64,000 nt of DNA, taken from contig CM119376.1 of assembly GCA_051294905.1 (NCBI GenBank), positions 23,746,001-23,810,000 on the forward strand, in the 5' to 3' direction. Numbering within the stretch: position 1 is the stretch's first letter; each line of letters starts with the position of its first letter. Position numbers and translations under genes: made by a program. The notes beneath the pieces were generated by a model, which was given only the letters and a program-made list of their open reading frames with translations, was not told the DNA's origin and did not search any database. Positions 24,140 to 63,283 of the stretch are shown here, in pieces. The DNA is from Botryllus schlosseri. Its lineage: Eukaryota.

Positions 24140-27100
24140 ATTCGATGATTATTACTTTACATTTGCACTTACAAATTAAATTTGTCGGTGCAAAATAGGT
24201 AGCCTACCTTCGTGGGATTATTCCTGTGGTCCGGATGTTCACTGTTGATGTAAGGGCTAATGCGTGTTTTAATATGACGTTAGCATCCGTTTAGCCTATG
24301 CATAATAGGTCTAAGTATGCTCTACAAGTCTACAGAATCTATGGTATAACTGCTAAGCTTCCATCAGGGATATATAGAACTCCGGGATGGCTGACTTCAT
24401 TTTGGCCTTTACCTAAGTAGGTCCAGAAAGTTACCTGCAATCTGCGTCGAAATATCCACTTTTCTGCAAGCTAGCGATACAGCTGTTTCTAGAATAACGA
24501 TCCTCAGCCTTTTGCGGAATAGTTAGTAAGCTAGACATTCTTCCCTTATCACAACCTTACTGCTGTATAGCCAACCTAGTAAAGTATGACACTGCTTTAT
24601 AGCCGACCAAGTTAACTATGACAACTCTGAATTTCAGTAAATCATGAATGTGTTTAATTTCTACACATCATATAATTGGCATCGGGCCATAAATAACAGA
24701 GTGAATAACGAATGATATCAGCGTCTTCTACCTATTTACAAGCCATTGTCGGAAACCTTGCAGCTGGAAGGGGAGGGGAGGTTTATAGGATTGATTAAAT
24801 TAACCGTTTCAATTAGGGTTAATCGACAATTACCATGGAGTATAGGGTTGCATTTAAAACAAACATGTTTAAAACTAGGCCCTTGTATAAAACATACTTT
24901 TTTAAGCCATGACGTCAAGAATATTCAATAGTGACGTCATATTGGATTGACAATATAGTGTAAATATAGCTGCTTTGACGGAATATCTGTGCTATTGCTG
25001 TTGAACCGACTATTTTGAGGGTTCCAGCCATCCCATATCGATATTAGTCGGCTATATCGCGTGGTAATCGTCCGTAGGCTCATACAACACGTATTTTGGA
25101 AAGTATTTACACAATTATGGCATAATTTTACAACTTAGAAAGAATTTTTTTCAAAAGGCCTTTGTTCAAAACACTGTTTAAAGCACGTTTTAAACATAGT
25201 GTTTCAAACACCGTTTGTTTTAAATGCACCCCCACCATGGAGCATTTCCAATAACGAAAAGATAGCACGGCCTGTAAGGACTCGAAATTGTGATAGCAGC
25301 ATTGTCAGCTTCTATGTCACTCAATGAAAGTTGATCAAGAAATCAACACACCATTGATACTTCTCTTCAGGTTTAAATGTAGCCAAAATAGCAGTTTGGT
25401 ACATATCATTATCAATTTAAGAAGCATTCGGTAGACCCAGTTGTTGAATTCATCTGATATTTTGTTCACCGAGAAATAGTTTCATGACCGCAGTGAAGAA
25501 ATTACCACCATGGCTTAAAGGTACATCACGAATAGGCCTCCTGAAGCATTTCATGCCATTTATCAGTTAAGAAATATTCAGTGTCACTGTCTTGCAGATT
25601 TTCCGATGGAGCGATAGATGATTCCATGTCAAAAAATCATCTCGGTGAGGAGGCACGAGATCCAAATATTCAGATCGTGGCCATCTTTGCCAAGATTTCA
25701 ATGGAATGTGCCCAGTATAATATATCAGGATATCCACTGTTGACGTGATGCAAATGCTGGAACATCGCGTTTGTTTTTCCGGAATCTGCAACAAAAATGA
25801 ACAAATGATGTATTTAGAGACACAAATTAACTTTAAGAATACATATAGATGTATACAGAGTTGGTCAGTAATGAAGAACTTCTACTTCATTGCAGTACTC
25901 AAGTAGGTGTTGCCTATTTTCGAAGATACATCTTGTAATTTTGAAGCAGCCATCTCCAAACCTAAGTACCTTGCAGGCATTTCACTTTCTACAGCTACTT
26001 GAGGAAGTTCAAATACCAGTACGCCCGGGAATACAACTGTTACTTGAGTAGCAATGCAGACTACTTTAACCACATCAGGATTAATGTAAATCGCTCATTT
26101 AATAGCGTATCACTAGAATCAGCCAAACTTACCTTGGGCCGACTGAGGAGAGGTCCATGCGTTATTGCGACGATTTGACTAAACCTTGCAAATTGAAAGC
26201 AATCTTCAGAGTTTTCTCTTCCTCCACCGTACAGACCTATAGCCTATAGGCTATAAGTGTTTATATGGTAAAGACAGGCCGTATCTCAGGGTCGTATCGT
26301 GTCCTGACGATTGTGTTGGCTTATCCATTCAAGGGAGTGGGCATCTTCATGGCTTCAGTAAGAGCAAATGGTCAACAAATGCAGTGGCCATATACTGGGA
26401 GTCAGCCATTGGCAGTTCACAACAGTGCACTTCTGTTGAGGTATAATTCCAGTACTGTAGCATTGAGGTGCCGTTCATTAACAAACATATGCCTGCCTTG
26501 TTTTACCAGACATGTAACTGATGAATAGTATCTGTAAAAAGAGATTGGAATCAACTGTTGTTATGGACACTTACAACTGCAACGACCTTGACGTGTTGTG
26601 TTTGTATTAGATTCAAATGTTTGGTTATCCCTAATTGAAATGCCTCTTGAATCTTGCACACCGGTGGTAAACTCAGTGGCTCCAATTCTTACTAGGAATA
26701 TTCCAGCAATTATCTGGAATACCGGTAAGCCTGCAATATTCACACATTAATCTATAGTACAAGATCTTAGCTGACGAAGTCCCTCCTAACGGTCGCCTTC
26801 ATAGTTGACACGGCACAGTCTAAACGTACGCTTGTACTTGTACAATGTATACAGCCTTGGATGGTGACATACATTCGCATAACATACCGGTAAATGAAAA
26901 ACATACCGCAAGGCGTAATCAAAATCATACTGCGGATATCAATGTTAACGTTGGAAATTATTCTACATTTTGTTATCTTCTCACGATTATCAGCGCAGCA
27001 AAACATGTTACATAAGATACTACAGAAGCAGAGATATTCCGAAGGCGAGTAAATGACCGTACCGGTATACCGGTAAATTGCTGCTGAAGGAATAGGGCTA

Positions 27101-27354
27101 ATACCGCAAAGTTTCAGACTACCTGAACATCTCATAACCTAGTTAACCTCTAGCTTTATATAATAACATAAACATGGATATTATATGCCTCTACCGCTCT
27201 CAGAAACTTAAAATTACACACAGATGAAGCGGCTGAACGGAACGTGCATCAAAACTGAATACGCGAATCTGGACCCACTTAGGTAATACCGCGATGACGC
27301 AGTCAGTCATCCCGGAGTTCTATATATCCCTGGCTTCCATTAGTTCAATCCTAT

Positions 27355-29179
27355 ACGGCCGTAAACCAAACTTTACGCTGATTGGTCGAGAGACAATGGC
27401 CATGGATACGACGCAGCAACGGAGGACGCTGCATTTACTTCAACATATAGTCGGCACTACGATGTATTCCTATAGCCGTGTAGACTGTATAAAAACGACA
27501 AGATTACAGTTAAATGTTTATTTCTTCATCAATAATGAAATTAGGAATGGAAATAAAATATTTAATAACATATACTGAAATATAATGCCGAAATACTACT
27601 GTGTTTATGAATGCAGTGCCACCAATGGCAATGAACTGGGGCGAAGAACAGATCTTTCAATTCATTTTCTTCCAACGCAAAGGACAGAAAGGCTTGGGAA
27701 GGCAGAGTATAAGAAGGCATACATTTGGGCCTGAATTTGATGCCAATAAGAGTGATTTACTTGTAATTATCTAGCAGCAGTCAAATAAAAACTCCTTTCC
27801 TGTGATTTCTGCCCAAGTTCAAATTTCATGAACTCATTGCATGTGCTGTTACGATACCTCAAGCACACCAGTGCAGATGAGGTCTGCTCAGCTAGAATCA
27901 CTCTATCATGTGAAGCACCCAGATATCCATATGGAAAAAGAACATCACCAATCTTTGCTACATTCACATGCGTGATGCTTAGTAGTCTTGAATGGCGCTT
28001 TCTTCGTGCAATAACCCCCACAATATTGAATACCTGTTCATACTGTACTGTCATTGAAGTGATTTGAAAAGAGATGTTGCATATGGAGTACCTGCTGTCT
28101 TGTTCCCCTCAAAGCAGTTCAAAACCCTACCAAAATTGCTACTTGTGAGTCAAAGAGCCCTATGTATTTGCCCCATTCTGCACATCCTCTCTGTTCTGGT
28201 GTTCTGTGGGCTTAGGTAGCTAATCTGCATATGACTGACTTCGTTGGCTTCTCACCCTAAGATTTCGGTGATGGATTTGAAGATTCCATTTCAAGGCTAC
28301 ACGATGGCGATTCTAGATCAGGATCACCAGATGATTTGCATGTGCAGCATCCACAACATTGCAGGAAGACAGTTGACACGGCATGGAGTTCAGGGTCCGC
28401 CTCTTTGCAATGCGCAAAATCTTCTGCTTCACCACGGAGATTGCGACTGGGAATCGCACCTCTCTTTAGACGTGACTGTATTGGTATATCTATAATGCAC
28501 TAGCAGCAAAATCTTCCTTGCAAAATTGGTAGGAGCAAATTATTATTATTATTAATATTGTAGACAACAGTGGTGCTTTTATCCTGTTTAAGGCTTTGTG
28601 CTCCACGACATGACAGTATTCGAACTGATCAATGCATTTATTCTTGTCTTTGACATTCTTTCCACTCTCTCATGCATCGGCTCGCGATTCATCGGCACTT
28701 TAGCTGCCGACTTGTAGCTCGCCTCACTGTGATTTCTGGACTTTTTAAGTCAGTGCAACTGCAGTGAGGTCGGCGATGAGGAGTAAATGAAGCTTGTGGA
28801 AGTAGGCTTGAAATCCTGCCTTATTACTCTGCATTCCCAAGCCTTCTTGACCTTGGACCGTTGGAAGGAAATGAATGGAAAAATCTGTTCTTCCCCAGTT
28901 CATTGCCATTGGTGGCACTGCATTCATAAACACAGTAGTATTTCGGCATTATATTTCAGTATATGTTATTAAATATTTTATTTCCTTTCCTAATTTCATT
29001 ATTGATGAAGAAATAAACATTTAACTGTAATCTTGTCGTTTTTATACAGTCTACACGGCTATAGGAATACATCGTAGTGCCGACTATATGTTGAAGTAAA
29101 TGCAGCGTCCTCCGTTGCTGCGTCGTATCCATGGCCATTGTCTCTCGACCAATCAGCGTAAAGTTTGGTTTACGGCCGT
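27355..29179 (-). mobile_element. ISL2EU-like non-autonomous DNA transposon, copy 1 (~300-bp TIRs; THAP, SWIM-like and YqaJ relics)
   Basis: Termini ACGGCCGTAAACC/GGTTTACGGCCGT flanked by AT on both sides (a TA reading is also possible); near-identical inverted copy at 35797-37642; strand given is that of the YqaJ relic. Confidence 0.8.
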
Positions 29180-30494
29180 ATAGGCCTATACATGTTTAAA
29201 TCGCGTCGTGTTAAAGCTGACTCAGTAAGTACAGACCTCATTCAATCACATATCTTTGCTGGGTGACGGATACCAGGGTAACGGGAGCATATTATACATA
29301 CACCATGAGCACATCCATGGAGAGAACAGCCTGTGACCGAATTTGGATTGCCGTGGCGATCTCATCATTCCAATCATTAGAATATATGCAACACTCGATA
29401 GTGGCCTCATACTCTTTACGCGCCGTATCAGTATCAGTATAGAGGATGTAGTCCTACATCCTCTATAGTATCAGTTTTATCTGTAATTCGAATATCGTGT
29501 GTAACAGTTTTTTTACCCGTGGCTAAATAAAGACAACCGGAAACGGGGGAAAACTAAATAACCAAATTTATTGAGAAGTGGTTTAACTGTCAAAACACTT
29601 GATTATATAGGGTTATCATATTTTGGAATCCGAAAAGTAGAAAACGTTTTACAGGTCATAAAAGTCAGATTACTGGACTAGAAAACTGCTGGTTATAAAA
29701 TTTGTACTAAAAATCTTGTTGTGTTGACTAATAAAAGGGCATTTTTTCATTCTTACTCCCGAATGACCCGCTCGAACGACCGCGTTATAGATTTCGCGTC
29801 ATTTATGTCGTTTTTTTAGTTCAGCGTTCAGCCTGTTCATTACTCCGGCTGTCAAAGCTCTAAAGGAGGATTTCCAAAAATGAGGACATTTGAGTGTCCT
29901 CTTAGGACATTTTCGATTTCTTTAAAAAGGAGGACAAATTCTCATAAATGACGACATATGGTAACCCTAGAGGCCTGGATCATACCATTTTGCGCTTCGG
30001 TAAAAGCAAAAGTCGACATGTCATCAACGAAAAATACAAGAACAACTGTACAGCACATTGCTGAGAAAGAAAAACAGCGCTTCGGATATAGTGACTTGTA
30101 GATGTTTGTATGTGCACTGTGCACTGTACGACTGTACGTACAGCACGCTGTGGATCTTAATTGTACCTGTGCAATGTGCACTGTACACATAAATTACATG
30201 TAAATTATTTCTATATGCAAACGTAGTATATAGTTTAATAAGCAATAAAGATCACATAGTTAGGATGTGGGTGTCAAAAAAAATATTTCGTTGTAAGTTA
30301 TACATCCAAATTTGCTCGTAGGCGGACACTTATACGGCATCCGTCCCATATTAGTCGATGATATTTTTCTTCCAACTAATAGCTATAGAGGAAGTCAGCA
30401 ACAGTAAGACACCCGGAACGAGAACCGTTTATGCGGATGAGAATTCCGACTGTGTAATGCGTGGTGCTAAAGTCCTTCCTGCAGGCTATGACAG

Positions 30495-30566
30495 TTTATA
30501 AGTAAAGTCGATCCATCAGTGTGAATAAAACATCCTTCGTCCATCGTGCACGATTGCAGTAGAACG
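30495..30566 (+). promoter_or_regulatory. Probable core promoter and non-coding first exon of peptide precursor 2
   Basis: TTTATAAGTAAA at 30495-30506, Inr-like TCAGT at 30516-30520, strong donor ACG|GTAAGT at 30566/30567, acceptor TTTCAG at 30730. TATA-Inr spacing is slightly short. Confidence 0.5.
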
Positions 30567-30765
30567 GTAAGTACAGCAGCTTTTGTTCGTTCCTCACTAC
30601 ATTCTGAAGGGGAAAATTTAAGTTTCGGATATGAGTGCTATTTAACATTCTAACAATCTGCTGCTCATATGAGGTACCCGTCTTTTTCGTCGTTTCATCA
30701 TCATGGAGCGTATTATCGCATATATTTCAGGTTTACACGGAGATTTTCGAGAGCAATCACCAAAC

Positions 30766-32468
30766 ATGAAATTAGCCTTCGTTGCACTTGCACTGATGGC
30801 AGTACTAGCCGGCTGTTCAGGTGCTAGGTGTCATACGAAGTTCGAAAGACTTTTCCATTCGTACTTTGGACTGTATCACCGTACTCTGAAGAAGACGTAC
30901 GCTATCAAGCGTCATATGAGAGGGGTAGAACATTATCTGTGGCAAAATGGAGTTAAATTGAACAAATATGGCCGTTCTCTCATCCGCTACAGGTAAAGTC
31001 AATACTTATAGCATCCGACTTATTATATTAGTCACATATATCGCCGCTGTGGAATCAAAGTATAGCTTACTTTCATTTTGCACATTTTGAGAAAATTAAT
31101 TCATGTTAAGTTTTCATTTTCTTTCGGTCATATCTTGGCCACGATAAACTTTGAGAAAATGTGATAAACATAAACATGGTCATGATATGGCCGAAAAAAT
31201 GAATATTTTACAAAAACTTGATTTTCTATAACTTTGAAAAATGGGTCTCAAAATTTAAAAAAAGACATAAGATACTTTGATCCCATCGCGACAATATACG
31301 GTATCATGAGTCTCATCTCTAATTCCAATATCAAATTATGGAGTTTGAATATCGCCTTGATAAGACACTACAGGACAAAGTGTATCGTGAGGAGCCATAC
31401 GCACGAATTACCTCTTCCATTCTTGAGCGGCGAGTTAGCATGCTTTTTACCGCACCAACAGTAAACAATAGTACTTGAGTCATTATTTGATAGCCAATGC
31501 ACGCTTTGAAGGACAAGGTAATTTCTGTTGTTCGTGTCGCAAGATTGTGAAATCATATAGGATCGGTATATCTGAGTTTCTCATTAACAGTCCCTTAAAA
31601 TGCGTAGGCCTATATATCTGTAAAAGTCCCACATGATACGTTGACTTCATGTCCATGGAATAATAAGGCTGTATTATTGTGTCGCAAATAGGAATGGTCC
31701 TGAACAATGCCTATTTGTCTGTCAGACCTCGTGGGGATCAGGAGATTGCTGACATTCCTGATATCCAAAATTTGGAAGACACTGAAGACATGAATCCGAC
31801 TGCAGACGAAGCGAATCAATACGAAAACTTGTTTGAGGATTCAGACCTTGACGATCATCACGGTGAGACACGTCTTAAATCAGATTCTTTCTAGCCTACT
31901 TGATTTAAATGCGAAGCCTGACTTTTTGTTTTTCACAAGCATTATACTATGTGAGATATGGCTGTCATTACGGTAGAACTGAAAAATGGAAATATTCTAT
32001 ATTTATTTTAGGATAGCGTACTATTGTCAGTGGTCTAAATAAATGACGTGACGCGTGCAAACTCAGCACAAACAATACTATTGCAGGTTAATATCCATAG
32101 TGAGTGAGAGAAGGGAGGGGGTAGGTTGGGACATCACCGTATAGTGGGGGTGGTTACAGTGGCATAGTGGAAATATGCTGACACGCTGTACGTCCATGAT
32201 GTTGACATCTCATCCCTCCCCCAATTAGCATATTATGTATGTAGTTTGGATATAGATGGTTGAAGGCACAGTATCACATGTATAAAAGGGATGAGACCAG
32301 GTAGGCCTATATTTACACCGGGTGTATCACTATAAATGCGTTCAGCATATATTATATCTGTTTACGATTCGTATCATTCATCACTCGGGAAATTCACAGA
32401 ATAATAAAAAAATGTACATGCTTACTTTTACAGACGAAGACGAAGAATCACAGTCTATTCAAGAATGA
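30766..32468 (+). CDS. Secreted cationic-peptide precursor 2 (paralogue of precursor 1), 132 aa; putative antimicrobial/host-defence peptide
   Basis: Coding exons 30766-30992, 31726-31862, 32434-32468 (TGA); 5'UTR intron 30567-30730; AATAAA at 32534. Protein: MKLAFVALALMAVLAGCSG / ARCHTKFERLFHSYFGLYHRTLKKTYAIKRHMRGVEHYLWQNGVKLNKYGRSLIRYRPR / GDQEIADIPDIQNLEDTED...DLDDHHDEDEESQSIQE. Intron phases (2, then 1) are the same as in precursor 1. Confidence 0.85.
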
Positions 32469-33544
32469 AGAAGATCGATATCGAAACAGTCCGCATTTGC
32501 ACAATTATGTTGATGTAATAACGCCATTCAGCTAATAAATATTCGGGGATTCATTTTGCTATTTGTTATTTATTGGAAAATGCCCTTATATCTAGACTAG
32601 AAGATAAGAATGATATCACAGTCATGAAAAATAATATATTTCCTTTGTGATATTTGCGCCGGCGTTGGGATCAAGTCCTTCGAGTCACAAGGCATTTCAT
32701 GAGTCATTGCAAATTTTGCCGTTATCGACGAGTAGGGGTGGATGGCATGTCACATCTCGTATGCGATGTCGCTGCTGCTGATGGATCGAACCTTATTGAA
32801 AACGTAACCGGACATGGAGTTCAGTAAATAGAGGATTAGAATTGTTTACATGACTTCAAGACGTTGAATAGTCGATGACTTGAACATTGACTCGAAAATT
32901 TGTCTCCTAATGTTAAGTTGTTCAGAAGACGTGACTTAAGCCATCAACACATGTCTGTATAGATATTTAAATTGATCGTAACCTCATATTCTTCAATATG
33001 ATATCAAATCATTCAAATGACTATTTGACAATGAAGGTCTTAGCTATTAGTCAAATTGTAGATCCAGACGTGAGTAAGGGTGAGCGAGACAGGACGCCCC
33101 GATTGGAACATCCTCTTCTTGAAAAAGTCTCCTAATTTATTCGTGTCCTTGTCTCTCTTTAATTGGAAGAACATAAACTTCTACTTCACAAGTTGTAAAT
33201 GGTGAATATTAAGTAATTCACTACATATGTTAAAGAAGAAGTAAAAGTATAGTCTAAGATTACATTAACTTGAGTAAGTGCTCCGAGTATGGAAAGACGC
33301 ATGCGTAGAAGAACATCATTATACTAACCATCACTGGGTCAAACCGTGCGGATTCCGTATGCGAACTCAGAATTGCAGCCACTGTAATCTCCCTCATTGT
33401 CGCACAGTCGTGGTCGCATATCACTATCTCATCAAGTGCATTTTTTTTGCTATAGGATAGGGAAAGTCCTCACAATAGGCCTCGCTATAGCATATATAGT
33501 GTGAAGATATCAGTATCAGATGAAGAAACGTCGCGCTAAGAGCC

Positions 33545-33640
33545 GTAAACAATGCAAAGCCCTCGTAATGGGGTCATATCGATTACAGCTCTTCGCTTGA
33601 TCAACGTATGAAGCCGACTTATTTATGTTGGTTAGGCAAC
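33545..33640 (+). promoter_or_regulatory. Candidate ciliary-gene promoter motifs upstream of WDR64 (forkhead site + RFX X-box)
   Basis: GTAAACAA at 33545-33552. GTTGGTTAGGCAAC at 33627-33640 matches the GTTGCCATGGCAAC X-box at 10/14 with an intact GGCAAC half. They lie 60-160 bp before the ATG. Confidence 0.45.
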
Positions 33641-33702
33641 AAGTGCTGTTACAGTATAGTCGTAGATATTACGAATCAATACGTTAGCTTTGACTTTTGA
33701 TA

Positions 33703-59637
<25,935 letters not shown>

Positions 59638-62600
59638 GACCGGACTGACACGCGCATCTTCGGTTTCGTGGTGTCATATAAACAATAAACATATTCATTT
59701 CAATAACCATGCATTCCTTTAGTATGCTATATGCCTTCCGGATATATTTGTACCATGTCGCATATTTAATTTAAACGGGTTCGTCACAATGCGCAAGATC
59801 CCTAAAAGAGGCATTGATCACATCTGAATGTTGCCCAATTAACTGTACAGTATACTGCTTCTTCTATCACAATAGGCAAAGAACACATCGTAGGCGTGTT
59901 TAATGTAACCGATACACCCACCTCACATGTATTATTACTCCTTATATAGTCAAACTGTGAACTGTCAAATTGTGAGAAAAGTCAGTCCTTTCCAAGGATA
60001 ATTGGTACCAGGCTATTCTGTATTCGTACTCAATGCGAACATTTGAATTGTATGTGGCATCATTTATAATTATTTTACAAGATTTCGTCGCGTCGATTAG
60101 TCACACGAGCCACGCAACCCATAATAAAGGGACAGCGGCAAAATGAAATATATATGTATAAAGTTGGCACGTCCGACATTCTTTTAGACTTTGTACAAAT
60201 TTGTATATACATTTTAAAATTCTAAGCACACCATAGCACAACAGCAGATTCAACAGAAACTAACACCGCGTAGTGTTTAGTGAAATGAAAGTCTCTGGTC
60301 AATAAAGCGCTCAGCTTAGATATGTGCGTATCAGATTCTATACCCATGACTACAGTCCTATTCATAGTAAAGCTGGTTATGGGATCGGAATTCATGCGGC
60401 TGATTTGAATACTTTAAGCTTTGTGCCGGCGGTCATTATTTGCAATGGTAAAAGAGCATAGTAGTTTATGCACGGTTTTATTGTCGGAATACGCATTAAG
60501 TAAATCAAAGCGCTACTATTTGCTAATTTTGTTACATCGTATTTATGCAACAATCACTTATGATCGCATGCATTTGTCACGGAAGAATTTACCGAATCGC
60601 CTTCACCAAGGCATTCTGAATAAATTCCTGAACCGAGTACGAGAGCGTTTCACAACGTTGTCGTTGTCAAAGGTCATCTGTGACGTATCTCTTTGAAACG
60701 CCGATTTGTTCTTATAATTGAGACCAAATGTGAGGTGTTAAAAATATAGTTGATTGTTTGATATTTATGCTGTTAAAATTCTAACACTAGTCACTTGTCT
60801 AATCTTGGCAGCAGGTTTGCGTTCCTGAGACCAGTAAATTTGAAAAAGCTTTTCCGTATTTAAAAGGAAAAAATGGCGTAAATACTGATAATCCAGTAAA
60901 TTGCTTCTACGAACTTAATCTGTAATCTTTTACCTGTTTTGACTTGCGCGTATGCCTATTTAAGAGGTTTTTACCGTTAACAAAACCGACGGGCCGAATT
61001 TACCGGTATAACCAGGGTAAATTTACAAATATACGACACGAAAGATCATCGGAATTATACAGCCGAATACAGTCTGCACGAAAAACCTTCCGTTCGCTAA
61101 ATTCATCCGGTGTGACGAAGGTGTTATTCGCAAGACGAGAGTACGCGCATTGATTTGATCGACTTCCTCATTTCTATAACATGTGACATTTTGCCGATGG
61201 TGGATCGGTGGAAAATTCCTATTTGCAATCCGGCCGCACAAAGGCTTGAATAGAATTATCGCTTCCGGTGACGACATATAAACGACCGGGTGTACGAATC
61301 GTTACATCATAGCGGAATGGAATATTGTTTGGCGGGCTACTGCGAACGTCTCTTCTGCATTTCCATGTATAGGTGTATAAACGAATCTGATCACGTGTGA
61401 TTAGGCATTGCATGGCTGATCACAGTATCGGCTGAAAAGAGGGTTTTTATGATATTTCTGCACAAAAACAAATGTCACAATCGTAAAACAACAGCCTCGA
61501 AATATTGATATCAGTCCTTGCTAATGTTTAGTGGAATAAATCGGAATGTGATTTGATTAATAATGTCAAATGCTGTGCCGGTCAACTCTGCGAGTGTGCG
61601 TATCTGTACGAAGATGTACTTTATTGAGAAACGTTCAAGACCTGCTAGAGGGATTTAAGTGGCCCGCGAGATAATTTTCGAAATTAGTTATATTAACAAA
61701 AAATAAATGACCCAGGTAATTTACTGTGAACTTGCAAAGTCAACCTAAAATTTGATTATTGTGACCGCAAAATTTGTGATGTTGATCAGTTCCGACCCAT
61801 TGCCGTAGTCAGGAGCCAAACACATTTATCGTAGATCTTGGTATATGACTTAAAGTATAATATTTCATGGCAGATTTATTTGACGTGAAATTGGTCTTAG
61901 CACTTCGCGGGATTTATTGTCACTCGATTTCACACTTTTAGTATATTGGTACCCCTTCTGCATTTACAGAATTGGGTCTAACTATACTCACAATTATGAG
62001 AGAACGTATCGACCAACATGCAACTTCGCGTCTGCACTGCACTCGCAGAAAGATCGTCGCCGATGAAACCTTCGCACGAAATTGATAGACGCAAACCTTC
62101 GATATTGATATGTTCAAGCGCCAAATAATCCTGTCCTTGCCAAATGAGCGCACCGGTATACAGACTACAGAGGTGGCCCACAGTATATGCAAGAAACAAT
62201 ATTAATGACCGAATTTATTTATTAACTTTGAAAAATTTTCGTGCTTCGCGCGGCAAGGACATAAATGCACACTGAGTTTTCATGATCAGTTTCTCCGATC
62301 GAAGTGTCATAAAATACGTTCGTATTCAAAATATTGTGTCGCTCGTGACATTGGTCATCTGATGATATTGAGTTATCTCATAATTTTTTGTACAAATACA
62401 TATTACATATACTCCGAACATACACATACAGCGAAAGCGCAAAACGCCCCAGTATAGCCATTAATCATTCTAAAGCCCACTTCGCCTCTGTTATAAGAGT
62501 GCGCTGCATTGTGCTATATGAATCGATGAGCGAAAATCACCTAACATATAATAATCATAAAATAGTGTATGCAAGCTCGCAGACCTCATTTCTTACGCCA

Positions 62601-63283
62601 AGACATTCGAAATGAACCTTGAACGATCTCGCCATTGCAGCGATGATTCAATACATGAGCTTATTTCCAAAGTTTTGTGAGTATCGCCGTACGTGTGGTC
62701 TATAGAACAGCTCTGTGAGTACAACTCATTTGGCGTTTAAGTAGCCCTAGCTATTTTGTTTATAGTATTTATTGCCGCCACTCGTTTGTTTAGGAGGGGG
62801 GACTGACTCTAAGACCAATTAGTATTTGTGCAAGACCAATCGGTATTTGTATGTATTTGTGCATTTAGGGGCCGCGCGGCAAAGCACCTATCAAGAAACC
62901 CACTCAGGGGACTGTGAGCGGTATTCCGATGATCAACATAGTGTCTCCGAAGAAGAAAAGATAACCAAATAATATTATGGTTGCGAATTTATCTTGCCGT
63001 TTCCTTTCGCTTGAAATAAATTGTAAATTTACCTTGATTTCGTTTTGGTTAATACAAAACCGTGATACCTATGCCGATCGATGATGAAACGCACACGCTA
63101 TTCTCCCAACCGCTCTAGTAAGACATAGATTACACGGGGAATGCCCGCCGTGAAAACATCGATATTGTATTTACAATTCATGCAAAGGCATATATATAAG
63201 CGTGCTGTTAGGGATTTTGCAAGGACTACAGAACTTAGCTAGTCGTAAAGTTGTCAGTTAGTTGAAGATAAAACGTGAATAGT

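Noticed and set aside
25240-26760. Minus-strand decayed reading frames containing SGKT (P-loop-like) twice
   Set aside because: Multiple stops, no full Walker A or other motif; I cannot assign them. A tblastx search would be needed.
27294-29138. Four repeated MAMDTTQQRR... ORFs (also 35610-36023, 37419-37601)
   Set aside because: They are off-frame readings of the transposon TIR; the informative frame is the THAP relic.
30608-32555. NF-kB-like sites near peptide gene 2 (GGGGAAAATTT, GGGAAATTCAC, GGGGATTCAT)
   Set aside because: All imperfect and expected by chance; no matching sites at gene 1.
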